Both the position numbers and the translations under genes were made by a program. DNA of 64,000 bases, taken from assembly GCA_963702535.1 (NCBI GenBank), contig CAVPDG010000007.1, positions 4,949 to 68,948 on the forward strand, written 5' to 3'. The notes under the pieces were generated by a model. That model did no database searches. It saw nothing but the letters and a program-made list of their open reading frames with translations, and had not been told where the DNA came from. Origin of the DNA: an uncultured Chloroflexia bacterium (lineage in GTDB: Bacteria > Chloroflexota > Anaerolineae > Anaerolineales > UBA4823). Positions 28,703 to 38,030 of the stretch are shown here, one piece after another (positions within the stretch are counted from its first letter, which is position 1; each line of letters begins with the position of its first letter).

Positions 28703-29621
28703 GGAAGAGGTCGCTATCGTCTACATCGCCGAGTTTGGGGAGGGCAAGCGCATCGAGCTGGTCGAATCGCTGCAGCCGCCCATCCCACGCGAAGAGAAGT
28801 GGGTGCTGCTGGTCTCCTCCATGTTCGGCTGCCCGGTGGAGTGCATCATGTGCGATGCCGGCGGCTACTACCACGGCAAGCTGAGCAAAGACGAGCTCTT
28901 GGCGCAGATCGATTACCTGGTGTACAAGCGCTTCCCGGATGGGAACATCCCCTCCCGCCAGTTCAAGATCCAGTTCGCCCGCATGGGGGAGCCTTCGCTC
29001 AACCCGGCGGTGCTGGATGTGCTGGAGGAGCTGCCGCAGCGCTACCAGGCGCCCGGCTTGAAACCCTCCGTCTCCACCGTTGCGCCGTGCGGCACGAACC
29101 GCTTCTTCCGGCGGCTGCTCGATATAAAAAATGCGCTGTATTCCGGCGGCAATTTCCAGTTCCAGTTCTCGTTGCACACCACCGATCCCGCCCTGCGCGA
29201 CCAGATCATCCCGGTCAAGAAGTGGAGCTTCGACGAGATGGCGGAGTACGGCGAGCAGTTCTACGCCCCGGGCGACCTCAAGATCACGCTCAACTTCGCC
29301 CTGGCGGAGAGCTACCCGCTTGACCCGCAGGTGCTGCTGCGCACCTTCAACCCGCAGAAGTACCTGGTGAAGATCACGCCGCTCAACCCCACCTACAAAG
29401 CCTCGCGCAACAACTTGAATACCTATATCGACCCGCATGCCCAAGGCGCCGTTTACCCCAAGGTGCAGGCGCTGCAGGAGGCGGGCTATGATGTCATCGT
29501 CAGCATCGGCGAGGTGGAGGAGAATTACATCGGCAGCAACTGCGGGCAGTACCTGCGCAAGCACATGGAGTCCGCCGAGCCGCTGGGCAGCGGGTATACC
29601 TACCCGGTGCGGGAGATGTGA
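28671..29621 (+). CDS. Radical SAM protein with an RlmN/Cfr-like core
   Basis: CPVECIMC is a CxxxCxxC cluster motif. The order of blocks (LLVSSMFGCPVECIMC, FARMGEPSLNP, SVSTVAP, FQFSLHTTDP, KITPLNPT, IGSNCGQY) mirrors RlmN as I recall it (SSQVGC..C.FC, MGMGEPL, TVST.G, LAISLHA, NLIP.NP, AACGQL). Confidence 0.65.
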   Translation: MSMNIIASTGKEEVAIVYIAEFGEGKRIELVESLQPPIPREEKWVLLVSSMFGCPVECIMCDAGGYYHGKLSKDELLAQIDYLVYKRFPDGNIPSRQFKIQFARMGEPSLNPAVLDVLEELPQRYQAPGLKPSVSTVAPCGTNRFFRRLLDIKNALYSGGNFQFQFSLHTTDPALRDQIIPVKKWSFDEMAEYGEQFYAPGDLKITLNFALAESYPLDPQVLLRTFNPQKYLVKITPLNPTYKASRNNLNTYIDPHAQGAVYPKVQALQEAGYDVIVSIGEVEENYIGSNCGQYLRKHMESAEPLGSGYTYPVREM

Positions 29622-29642
29622 ACCCGATAAATCACAGGATTT

Positions 29643-30709
29643 GTGTCAGCGCTGCTGGCGTTGAGCCTGTCAGCCTGCGTGCTGCTCAGTGGCTGCTCTG
29701 CTCAACCAGCCACCCAACCGGTTGAGGTGACAGCAGTGTTCCAGACGACCAGCCCGCCCGAGACTGAGCAACCGGCGGCGACCAGCGCGCAGGATGTGCT
29801 TAACGATGTGATTAGCCTCCAGGTACCGGATAGCAGCCTGTTGGAGGGTTACGTCCTGGAAAGCACGAAGCTGGATGATGCGACGCAAAGCGCCTGCCTG
29901 GAGTACCGCCACCGTGGGGCGAACGGGGATAGCGTGCTGCTCATCGCCCAGGGACCCATCGCATCGGCGCCGCCGCTGGAGAAGATCCCGGACCTGCCGG
30001 AATACCTGTCCCTGCAAGAAGCGGTGACGATCGGTGGCGCTGAGAAAAGCAGCCGTGTAGCCGGCTGGAAGCGCAGTGCATGGGCGTGCAGCGAGCTCGC
30101 CGCGCAGGAGAATACCCCGTATTCCTACGCCCTGGCGCCCTGGCTCACCTGGCAGTCTGAAGGTCGCCAGTTCGACCTGTATTCCGCCAGCGGCGGCTGC
30201 GCCACGCCGGGCGGCATGACCCACCTGGACCTGCTGCGCGTGGCGGAGAGCATCACCGGGCAGTCGACGCACCCGGCGGATGAGCTGGACCCGGATTGCC
30301 TGCTGTCCGTCGCGGATGCGGAGAAGCTGGCGGGCTTCGACGTGCTGGAGCCTGGCGACCCTGCCGGAGAAGGCGCGCTTTTACTATGCCACATTCGCAA
30401 AGGCGCCCGAGCCCAGCGTGACCCTGCTGTTTTTACACGAAGACCATCCGGACATGGGCAGGTTTTTCCAGATCAGCCAGTTCACAAAAGCCCCCCCGTA
30501 CTTTTTAGCCTCTTGCGAGCAGGCGGGAAGCAACCCCTGCGAGACGCTACAGGTTGGGGATACGCTGGTAGTTTACCAATCCAGCGGACCGAGCGAGCAG
30601 CTCGACTGGCAGAAGGATGGCGTGTATTTTTCCCTGTTCAGGAGCGCCGGCGAGCCGGGTAAAAGCTACAAAGATCGAATTGTTGAAAGTGGTTGCAAGC
30701 ATGCGCTGA
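29643..30709 (+). pseudogene. Lipoprotein of unknown function (DUF4367-like C-terminal domain), frame broken at CCC 30360-30362 and probably at AAAA 30661-30664
   Basis: GTG start with lipobox LLSGC. The frame switches after ...KLAGFDVLEPGD to LPEKARFYYATFAKAPEPSVTLLFLHED...DWQKDGVYFSLFRSAGEPGK. A third frame gives ATKIELLKVVASMR-stop at 30709, just before the terminator. Without the second shift the ORF ends at 30753. Confidence 0.5.
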
Positions 30710-30724
30710 GAAAGTTCGCAAAAA

Positions 30725-30767
30725 AGGGGGTCAGGAGGGGATCTGACGCTTGACCTGACCCCCTTTC
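30725..30767. terminator. Bidirectional terminator hairpin between convergent genes
   Basis: AGGGGGTCAGG (30725-30735) pairs perfectly with CCTGACCCCCT (30754-30764). It is flanked by AAAA on the left and TTTCGG on the right. Confidence 0.65.
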
Positions 30768-30775
30768 GGATCGCG

Positions 30776-32110
30776 CTAGGTGACGATCACCTCCACGCCC
30801 AGCATCTGCCCGACCTGCTTCAATTCAGGGATGACGTTGCCGTAGGTGATGGCGTAGTGCTGGCTGGAGATGTTCTGCATGAAGGCTTCCACATCGCCAT
30901 CCATGGCGACATCCACAAACGGGTAGGTGGGGCAGCCGACCTCGTGGAAGGGAGGGGGCAGCTCTGCCATCCCGCTGGCGACGTGCAGCTTGAAGCCGCC
31001 TTTGCGGCTTCCCAGGCGCGCCAGTGTGACCGGACCCGTCTTGTAGGGCGAGCTGTTGAGCAATCCCTCATAAAGCGCCGTATGCTTGTTGATCAGCGGC
31101 TTGCCGTGGGCGTAGCTCAGCGGGGCGAAGCCGCAGGCGCCCCACAGGGTGTGGGTGGGCGTGGCGTTATGCAGGTCGCCGTAGCTGGTGGGCTCGCCGG
31201 TCAGGTAGTGCAGCAGGAGCTGCGAGACCACCAGGGGCACATCGCCCTCGCAGCTCGTCACGAATTCATCGCCCAGGATGGAGAGCGCCAGGCAGGGCGC
31301 CATGCCGAAGGTGCGCGATAGCTCGTACTGGCATTTGACCGTCAGGGCGTCCCAACGGTGCTCGCCGGCCAGCTCGCGGATGGCTTGCAGCATGCGCAGC
31401 GAGCGGCGGATATCCTTCTCAGCTACGTTTTCCCCTAACTGCCAGTTTGCGACCTGCGGCAGCGACTCCAGCGGCGGGTCTTCCGCTAGCTTGTTGAAAC
31501 GCGCCACGATCTCATACTGGTCCACCTGGTCGATCTCCGGACCGAGCTGGCTGCGCAATTGGGTGTGGTCGATGGTGCCGGTGTACATACCCATCGCAGC
31601 GTAGCCCAGCAGCCCGACGCGGGCGGTGGAGAGCGCCTGCACGGCGGCGGCCGAGCGCGCCAGGCGCTGCGTGCAGAGGCACACAGCCGGGTCGCCAGGC
31701 ATGCCGTAGGTGAACCAGAAGGTTGCGCCCATCTCTTCCAGTGTCTCGCGCAGCACGCCGGCGGCGGGCAGGGCGCCCAGGGTCAAGCCCACGCCGTCCT
31801 CGCTGTAAATTGTGTGGCTCCACAGCAGGATGGGGCGGTTAAAGAAAGGCTTCAACGTGGCGGTGAAGAGCGGCGCTTCGACCCAGCTCACCAGCAGGGC
31901 TACCAGCAAGTCGAAATCGGCTGTACGCAGGGAAGCCAGGGCTTTGGGAACATCCTCTGGGATGATGACGGGGGGCGTCGCGCTGACCTGCAAGCCGCAC
32001 TCGGCAAGGAAGGCAAGCGAGCTATCGATCTGGCGCTGGATATCGGCAGGAGGATAATCCGGATAAGCGAAGGGCACCACCTGCAGGCGCGGCAGAGACT
32101 GGCTTTTCAT
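30776..32110 (-). CDS. Short L-fucose/L-arabinose isomerase-family protein (FucI-like, paralog 1)
   Basis: 444 aa, clearly paralogous to 36666..38018 and 44893..46239. Shared blocks are VGLLGY/IGLFGY, LTVKCQYELS / LNVKCHYELS, SCEGD, YGD(L/I)H and HYA(I/V)(T/V)YG. Confidence 0.7.
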   Translation of the reverse strand: MKSQSLPRLQVVPFAYPDYPPADIQRQIDSSLAFLAECGLQVSATPPVIIPEDVPKALASLRTADFDLLVALLVSWVEAPLFTATLKPFFNRPILLWSHTIYSEDGVGLTLGALPAAGVLRETLEEMGATFWFTYGMPGDPAVCLCTQRLARSAAAVQALSTARVGLLGYAAMGMYTGTIDHTQLRSQLGPEIDQVDQYEIVARFNKLAEDPPLESLPQVANWQLGENVAEKDIRRSLRMLQAIRELAGEHRWDALTVKCQYELSRTFGMAPCLALSILGDEFVTSCEGDVPLVVSQLLLHYLTGEPTSYGDLHNATPTHTLWGACGFAPLSYAHGKPLINKHTALYEGLLNSSPYKTGPVTLARLGSRKGGFKLHVASGMAELPPPFHEVGCPTYPFVDVAMDGDVEAFMQNISSQHYAITYGNVIPELKQVGQMLGVEVIVT

Positions 32111-32196
32111 AGGGGACCTCCGGGGTCAGTTGATAGACTTGTGAATTTCAGGATGGGAATCACGGGTGATTAATCCCTGGCTGGGCGGATTGCTTA

Positions 32197-32225
32197 TTGA
32201 CAAGGGAAAGTGTTAATTCTATAAT
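32197..32225 (+). promoter_or_regulatory. Perfect consensus sigma70-type promoter upstream of the DeoR gene
   Basis: TTGACA (32197-32202), a 17-nt spacer, then TATAAT (32220-32225), inside an AT-rich divergent intergenic region. Further TTGACA/TTGACG hexamers lie at about 32248 and 32309. Confidence 0.55.
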
Positions 32226-32325
32226 CATTATACATTTCATTCGTAAACTTGACAACAATATTAAAACAAAAACAAGTACGAACAGGCGCCTGGGAAGCGC
32301 TTGCAAGTCTTGACGTGCTCAGTAG

Positions 32326-33154
32326 ATGACAATCACGGCAGAATCCCGGCGATCGGACATCCTGGAAGCGCTCATGGAAGAACGCTACCTGAAAGTAGCG
32401 GAGCTGAGCCAGCGCTTCGGCGTCTCCCAAATGTCCATCCGGCGGGATGTCTGCCAGCTCGAAGGGCAGGGGCTGGTGCGGCGCGTGCACGGCGGGCTGG
32501 TCGCCACGCCGCTCAGCCGCCTGGGGCTTGAGATCCCTGCCGGTTTCATTAGCACAGCTTCAAGAAGACAATCTGATCAAGGAAGAGATCGCGCGAGCCG
32601 CAGCCAGCCTGGTCGCGCCAGGCGACCACCTCATTTTCGATAGCGGAGAACTTTCCTATCTGGCTGCTTGCGCCCTATCCGGTGATCTGCTGGTGCGGGG
32701 CGACCTGGCTGCCATCACCAATTCGATACCGGTGGCGCTCGAGCTGGCGCCCTGGCAGGGGGTAGAGACCATCCTGCTGGGCGGCAAGTACCAGGCGACC
32801 AGCACGATGAGCCTGGTTGGGATGGATGCGCAGCGCGGGCTGGATGGTCTGCACGCCGATAAGATGTTCCTGACGCCGGCGGGGATTGCCTTCCAAGAGG
32901 GCATCCAGGTCTGGCCGAGAGCAGGTGAGGGTGAGCTGGCGCAGCACATGGTGGCGACATGCTCGCAAGTCATCCTGATGGCGACCGGCAATGTGATCGG
33001 ACCGGCGCTGCAGGGTAAAGGTCTGCAGCTCGGTGCAGGGCACATCCTGATAACGGGTGAAGATTGCCCACAGGAAGCCCTGGCTGCCCTCTCGGATGCC
33101 GATATGTATGTGATCCTGGTAAAACAAGCCTCAAGGAAGGAATTATGCCTGTAG
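32326..33154 (+). pseudogene. DeoR-family transcriptional regulator, frame broken once at CCC 32535-32537
   Basis: HTH part YLKVAELSQRFGVSQMSIRRDVCQLEGQGLVRRVHGG (ORF 32326..32643) joins the DeoR C-domain LQEDNLIKEEIARAAASLVAPGDHLIFDSG...KMFLTPAG (ORF 32447..33154). Confidence 0.8.
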
Positions 33155-34173
33155 GAGAGCACCTCGCCCGCGTGATGACCGCCCTGCATAGGGGACAGCC
33201 GGATCGCATCCCCTCCTTCGAGTGGGAGATCGACGAAAAGATCATCCAGGCGCTGACGCCTGGCGGTGATATCTACGATTTCATCGAGTGGGCAGACCTG
33301 GATGGGATTGCCATCTTTGCCGATAGCCGCAAGCGTTACCTCGACGAGGTGACCTACCTGGACGAGTGGGGGGTGACCCTGCGCAAGACGGAGGAGTACT
33401 ACCCCATCCCCATCGATGAGCCGATCAAGGACCCTGCCGACCTGGCTACGCTAAAGCCGCCCGACCCGTGCTCCGAGTGGCATTTCAAATCTCTGGCGGA
33501 AGCGGTGGAGCGCTTCAAGGGCAAGCGGGCGATCATCTTCCGCGTGCAGGATGCCTTCTCGATCCCACGCTACCTGCGCGGCACGGAGAACATTTTGATG
33601 GATTTTGTGCTCAACCCCGGGCTGCTGCGCGACCTGGTGGAGATTGGCGTGGAGTACAACTCGCGGTTGGCGCGCTGCGCCGTAGATCTGGGGGCAGACG
33701 CCATCTTCACCTCGGACGATTACGCCGACAACCGCGGCCCGATGATGTCGCCGCGCCACTTCCGCGAATTCTTGCTGCCCGGATTGCAACAGGTGGTCAA
33801 GGCGGTGCATGCCGCCGGGGTGCCGATGATCAAACACACGGACGGCAACATCATGCCCATCCTGGACGACATCATCCAGGCGGGGGTGGATTGCATCGAC
33901 CCCCTCGACCCGCTGGGTGGGATGAGCGTGCCGCTGGTGAAGGAGAAGTACGGCACGCGGGTGTGCCTGAAGGGCAATATCAACATCGGCGGGGCGCTCT
34001 CGCTCGGCACGCCGGACGAGGTGCGCCTCGAAACCCTGGCTTGCATCCAGGCGGGCAAGCCGGGCGGCGCATTCATCCTGTCGACATCGAACAGCATCAT
34101 GTCCTGCATTTTGCCTGAAAACTATGCAGCCATGATCGAGACATTACGGCAGTATGGGAGTTATGAGGGATGA
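33145..34173 (+). CDS. URO-D family protein (MT2/MtaA-like fold)
   Basis: Start at ATG 33145 (MPVGEHLARVMTAL...), with AAGGAAGG upstream. Typical URO-D blocks are RIPSFEW, AFSIPRYLRGTENILMDFVLNP, IFTSDDYADNRGPMMSP and MIKHTDGNI. The stop overlaps the MttB-like start (ATGA at 34170-34173). Confidence 0.75.
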   Translation: MPVGEHLARVMTALHRGQPDRIPSFEWEIDEKIIQALTPGGDIYDFIEWADLDGIAIFADSRKRYLDEVTYLDEWGVTLRKTEEYYPIPIDEPIKDPADLATLKPPDPCSEWHFKSLAEAVERFKGKRAIIFRVQDAFSIPRYLRGTENILMDFVLNPGLLRDLVEIGVEYNSRLARCAVDLGADAIFTSDDYADNRGPMMSPRHFREFLLPGLQQVVKAVHAAGVPMIKHTDGNIMPILDDIIQAGVDCIDPLDPLGGMSVPLVKEKYGTRVCLKGNINIGGALSLGTPDEVRLETLACIQAGKPGGAFILSTSNSIMSCILPENYAAMIETLRQYGSYEG

Positions 34174-35627
34174 TCGATTTTGAGCACAAGATCCAGCTTT
34201 TCACCAGCGCGGAGCGGGCGCAGATCCACGCCGCCTCGCTGGATATCCTTGCCGAGCCGGGCATGCGCATCGAGTCGCAAAGCCTGCGCCACGCGCTGCG
34301 CCTCGCCGGCGCGGCGGTGGATGACGAGCGCCGCCAGGTGCGCTTCCCCGCCAGCCTGGTGGAGGCGACCCTGGAGCAGATGAAAGCCAGCATTGCCGCC
34401 GGCAGGAAGCAGATCGTGCTGAACGGCGTGGTCGCATCGCTGACGCCGCGCTCGATGTGCCTCAAGTTCGGCGGGGCGTGCATCGAATACATGGACTGGA
34501 AGACCGGCGAGGTGCGCCTCCCCGCCCGCCAGGACCTGGTGGAGATGGTGCAGCTCGGCGAGGCGCTGCCGGAGGTGACCTTCGTCGGCAACCCGGTGGT
34601 GTACCTGAGCGAGGACGATGGCACGAAGATCGAACCGCGCATGCAGCGCGTCAAGACGGCGGCGCTGATCGCCCGCTACACCACCAAGGCAGGCTCGACG
34701 GAAGTATGGAACGCCGCCGAGCTGAAGTACCTCATGGAGCTGGGTGAGATCGTGCGCGGATCCCGGGCGGCTTACCTGGAGCGCCCGTGCTTCGTCACCG
34801 CCAAGGAAACGATCACCCCCTTGATCCTGGACGAGGCGGCTGGCGATGTGCTGCTGCTCCTGGCGCAGAACGACCTGCCGTGCGTCATCATCCCGATGCC
34901 CATCACGGGCACCTCCAGCCCGCTCAGCCTGGCGGCGAACGTCGCCCTGGGCAATGCCGAGATCATCGGCGCCTTCACCGCCATTCACGCCGCCTGCCCC
35001 GGCGCTAACCTGGTGGGCGGGGTGATCAGCGGCACGTTCAACATGCGCACCACCCAGGCGGTGTTTGCTTCGCCCGAATCCGTGCTGCAGGACCTGGGGC
35101 TGGCGGAGATCCACGAGCGCCTGTATGGCTTCGACTTCGGCGCCGGCGGCTATATCGACGCCAAGTACCCGGGGGCGCAGATCATGCTGGAGGTCTTCGC
35201 CCGCTTCTCGCTGCTGGCGCGCTCCGGGCGCTACAACGTGCCTGCCGGGCTGCTCAACAGCGGCAAGCGCTTCTCGCCGGTGCAAGCCATGCTGGATATC
35301 GAGGTCGAGCGCTGGATCGTGGAAGCCGGCAAGGGCATCCAGGTCTCGCCGGACAGCCTGCTGTTGGAACAGATCCGGCGGGTGGGCATCGGCGGGCACT
35401 CGCTGGCGGAGGATCACACGCTGGAGAACATGCGCAAGAACATCTGGTACCCACAGCTTATGGATCACACCAGCCCGGGTCTGGATCAGGAGCATGTTGG
35501 CGATATGGTCGCTGCGGCGGGTCGGCGGGTTGAGAAGGCGCTTTCACAGAGCGGGTTGTACGAAGCCGATTCTGCGAAGATCAAAGCCATCGACGCGGTG
35601 GTGCGCGCCGCGGAGAAGGAGCTGTAG
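34170..35627 (+). CDS. MttB-superfamily (trimethylamine methyltransferase-like, non-pyrrolysine) protein
   Basis: 485 aa. Length and blocks (FTSAERAQIHAASLDILAEPGMRIES..., PMPITGTSSPLSLAANVALGNAEII, MLDIEV) fit COG5598/MttB-type proteins such as quaternary-amine methyltransferases. There is no in-frame TAG. Confidence 0.7.
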   Translation: MIDFEHKIQLFTSAERAQIHAASLDILAEPGMRIESQSLRHALRLAGAAVDDERRQVRFPASLVEATLEQMKASIAAGRKQIVLNGVVASLTPRSMCLKFGGACIEYMDWKTGEVRLPARQDLVEMVQLGEALPEVTFVGNPVVYLSEDDGTKIEPRMQRVKTAALIARYTTKAGSTEVWNAAELKYLMELGEIVRGSRAAYLERPCFVTAKETITPLILDEAAGDVLLLLAQNDLPCVIIPMPITGTSSPLSLAANVALGNAEIIGAFTAIHAACPGANLVGGVISGTFNMRTTQAVFASPESVLQDLGLAEIHERLYGFDFGAGGYIDAKYPGAQIMLEVFARFSLLARSGRYNVPAGLLNSGKRFSPVQAMLDIEVERWIVEAGKGIQVSPDSLLLEQIRRVGIGGHSLAEDHTLENMRKNIWYPQLMDHTSPGLDQEHVGDMVAAAGRRVEKALSQSGLYEADSAKIKAIDAVVRAAEKEL

Positions 35628-35641
35628 AGAGGAGGTATTCT

Positions 35642-36646
35642 ATGAAAGATTGCCGCATCTCTGACCGCTGGACGCTCAACGGTCTGCAAACGATCGTCAT
35701 GGAGAACGAGCTGCTGCGCAGCAGCGTGCTGGTGGACCTGGGAGCGCGCATCCACGAGTTCATTTACAAGCCGCTCGACCGGGATTTCTTCTGGCATAAC
35801 CCGCGCATCGAGCCGCGCCCGCCGGTATTCCAGGCGGATATCGACGCCTGGCTGTCGGGCGGCATGGATGAAGCCATCCCCACCGGTCACCCATCTACCT
35901 ATAAGAACGAGCAGTACCCGTACATTGGCGAGGTGTGGTCCTTGCGCTGGGATTACGACATCTTGCAGCGCGGTCCGCAAGAGGTGGAGGTGCACCTTTG
36001 GCGCTACACACCCATCTCGCCGCTGCGCGTCGACCGCTGGATGCTGCTGCGCCGCGACGAGCCGCTGCTGCACATGCGCCATCGCGTGACGAACCTCTCC
36101 AGCGAAACTTTCGACTTCCTGTGGGGTTTACATCCTTGCTGGGATGTGCGCGAGACGACGCGCTTCGACATCCCCGCAGGCGAGATGCTGATCGAAAATT
36201 CAGCTCCCAACGATCGCCTTGGCGCCAAAGGCACGCGCTACCCGTGGCCCTTCGCAACGGAAGCCGCCACGGGTCGCCCCGTAGATGTGCGCCGGATGCC
36301 CCCCGCAAACGCCGGCACGGGAGAGTTCCAATTCGCCACCCAGCTCAACGCCGGCTGGCTGGCAGTGACCGATACCAGCATCAAGGCAGGCGCAGGGCTG
36401 GTTTTCCCCCATGAGATCTTCAAAGCTGCCTGGCTGTGGACCTGCGCCGGCAACTGGCGCGGCTATTACGTCGGCGCGCTGGAAGCCTGGACGGGCTACC
36501 CGCAGAAGCTGCATGACGCCGTGGATCACGGCGTGTTTTATTCGCTGCCCGGCAACCAGGTGGTGGAGTGTGAGACCGCCCTGCTGGCTTATCAAGGCGT
36601 CGGGAGTGTTAGCTATCTCGGCTTGGATGGGACCGTAAAAGAATAA
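35642..36646 (+). CDS. Galactose-mutarotase-like (aldose 1-epimerase superfamily) protein
   Basis: 334 aa, beta-rich. The LWGLHPCW and GALEAWTGYP blocks resemble mutarotase-like domains. The assignment is tentative. Confidence 0.45.
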   Translation: MKDCRISDRWTLNGLQTIVMENELLRSSVLVDLGARIHEFIYKPLDRDFFWHNPRIEPRPPVFQADIDAWLSGGMDEAIPTGHPSTYKNEQYPYIGEVWSLRWDYDILQRGPQEVEVHLWRYTPISPLRVDRWMLLRRDEPLLHMRHRVTNLSSETFDFLWGLHPCWDVRETTRFDIPAGEMLIENSAPNDRLGAKGTRYPWPFATEAATGRPVDVRRMPPANAGTGEFQFATQLNAGWLAVTDTSIKAGAGLVFPHEIFKAAWLWTCAGNWRGYYVGALEAWTGYPQKLHDAVDHGVFYSLPGNQVVECETALLAYQGVGSVSYLGLDGTVKE

Positions 36647-36665
36647 TCTACATGGAGGCATAAAG

Positions 36666-38018
36666 ATGAAACCCAAAGTCGTAATGGTGCCATTTGGCGA
36701 TCGCTTTTACCCGCAGGACCTGCTGGATTCGCTGATCGAGCGCAGCGTAGACATGCTCGCCGGGCTGGATTTCGACCTGGTGGTAACGCAGAAGGTCAAC
36801 AGCATCCCAGACGCCCAGGCGGTCGCCCGGCAGCTCGAGGAGACGCCCAGCGACCTGATCCTCGGCTTCATCTCCTGCTGGATGGAGCCGGTCAATTTCA
36901 TCACTGCATTGAAGAACATGTTTCACAAGCCGGTCATGCTGTGGAGCCTGGTGATGTTTCCCGCCGAAGAGGGCAGCGATGAGATGATCACCACCGGCGC
37001 TTTCGTGGCGGCAGCCGTGTTGCGCGAGACGATGGATGAGATGGGCGTGCAGCACAAGTTCACCTGGGGCATGCCGGAGAAGAAGGAAGTGCAGAAGGAG
37101 ATCGCCGACTACGCCCGCGTTGCCATGGCGAAACGCCGCCTCTCGGAGACGCGCATCGGGCTGTTCGGCTACCCGGCGCTGGGCATCTACACCGCCACCG
37201 CCGACCACGTCTCCCTGTGCCAGAAGATCGGTCCCGAGATCCACCACATGGACCAGTGGCTGATCATCAAGGGCATGGAAGAGGTGAGCGAGGCGGAAGC
37301 CGCGGAATTTGCCGACGATGTGCGCCGCCACTGCCGCATCGCCCCGGATGTGACCCAGGAGCTGCTGCTCAAGGGTGGGCGCATGGCGGCGACGCTGCGC
37401 AAGCTGGGGCGGGAGAACCAGTGCGACGCGCTGAATGTCAAGTGCCACTACGAGCTGTCCGAGATGTTCCAATTCACTGCCTGCGTGCCGCTCTCCTTCC
37501 TGAGCCGCGAGTTCGTGTGTAGCTGCGAAGGCGACCTGATGGCATCCGCCACACAGCTCATGCTGCACTACCTGACCGATAACCAGACCGTTTACGGCGA
37601 CATCCACGAGGTCTTCAGCGACCGGCTGACCTTCTCCTGCTGCGGGTTGAACCCCATCGGCATGTGCGACCCGTCGCGCTGCCTGATCTCGCGCTACAAC
37701 GCCGATTTCCAGGGCATCAGCAACTCCAGCCCCTACGTGTCCGGGCAGCGCGTCACCGTGGCGCGCCTGGCGGCGAAGGGCGATGACTACAAGATGCACA
37801 TCACCAGCGGTGTGACCACCGATACCTTCAACTGGCACGAAGTTAACTGCCCGCCGCCGCCGGCTACGGACGTGATCCTGGACGACGATGCGATGTGGTT
37901 TGCAAAGAACATCGCTTCCAACCACTACGGCATGGTGTACGGCGACGTGCGCAGCCAGCTCATCGACCTGTGCGAGATGCTGGGCGTGCGCGTGGTGACA
38001 TATCCGGGTAAAGGATAG
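36666..38018 (+). CDS. Short FucI-like isomerase-family protein (paralog 2)
   Basis: 450 aa. See the paralog blocks listed for 30776..32110. Confidence 0.7.
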   Translation: MKPKVVMVPFGDRFYPQDLLDSLIERSVDMLAGLDFDLVVTQKVNSIPDAQAVARQLEETPSDLILGFISCWMEPVNFITALKNMFHKPVMLWSLVMFPAEEGSDEMITTGAFVAAAVLRETMDEMGVQHKFTWGMPEKKEVQKEIADYARVAMAKRRLSETRIGLFGYPALGIYTATADHVSLCQKIGPEIHHMDQWLIIKGMEEVSEAEAAEFADDVRRHCRIAPDVTQELLLKGGRMAATLRKLGRENQCDALNVKCHYELSEMFQFTACVPLSFLSREFVCSCEGDLMASATQLMLHYLTDNQTVYGDIHEVFSDRLTFSCCGLNPIGMCDPSRCLISRYNADFQGISNSSPYVSGQRVTVARLAAKGDDYKMHITSGVTTDTFNWHEVNCPPPPATDVILDDDAMWFAKNIASNHYGMVYGDVRSQLIDLCEMLGVRVVTYPGKG

Positions 38019-38030
38019 GAGATCTGCTGC

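Noticed and set aside
34170-35627. Pyrrolysine-encoding (amber read-through) MttB
   Set aside because: The ORF is uninterrupted over 485 codons with no in-frame TAG, so it belongs to the non-Pyl branch of the superfamily.
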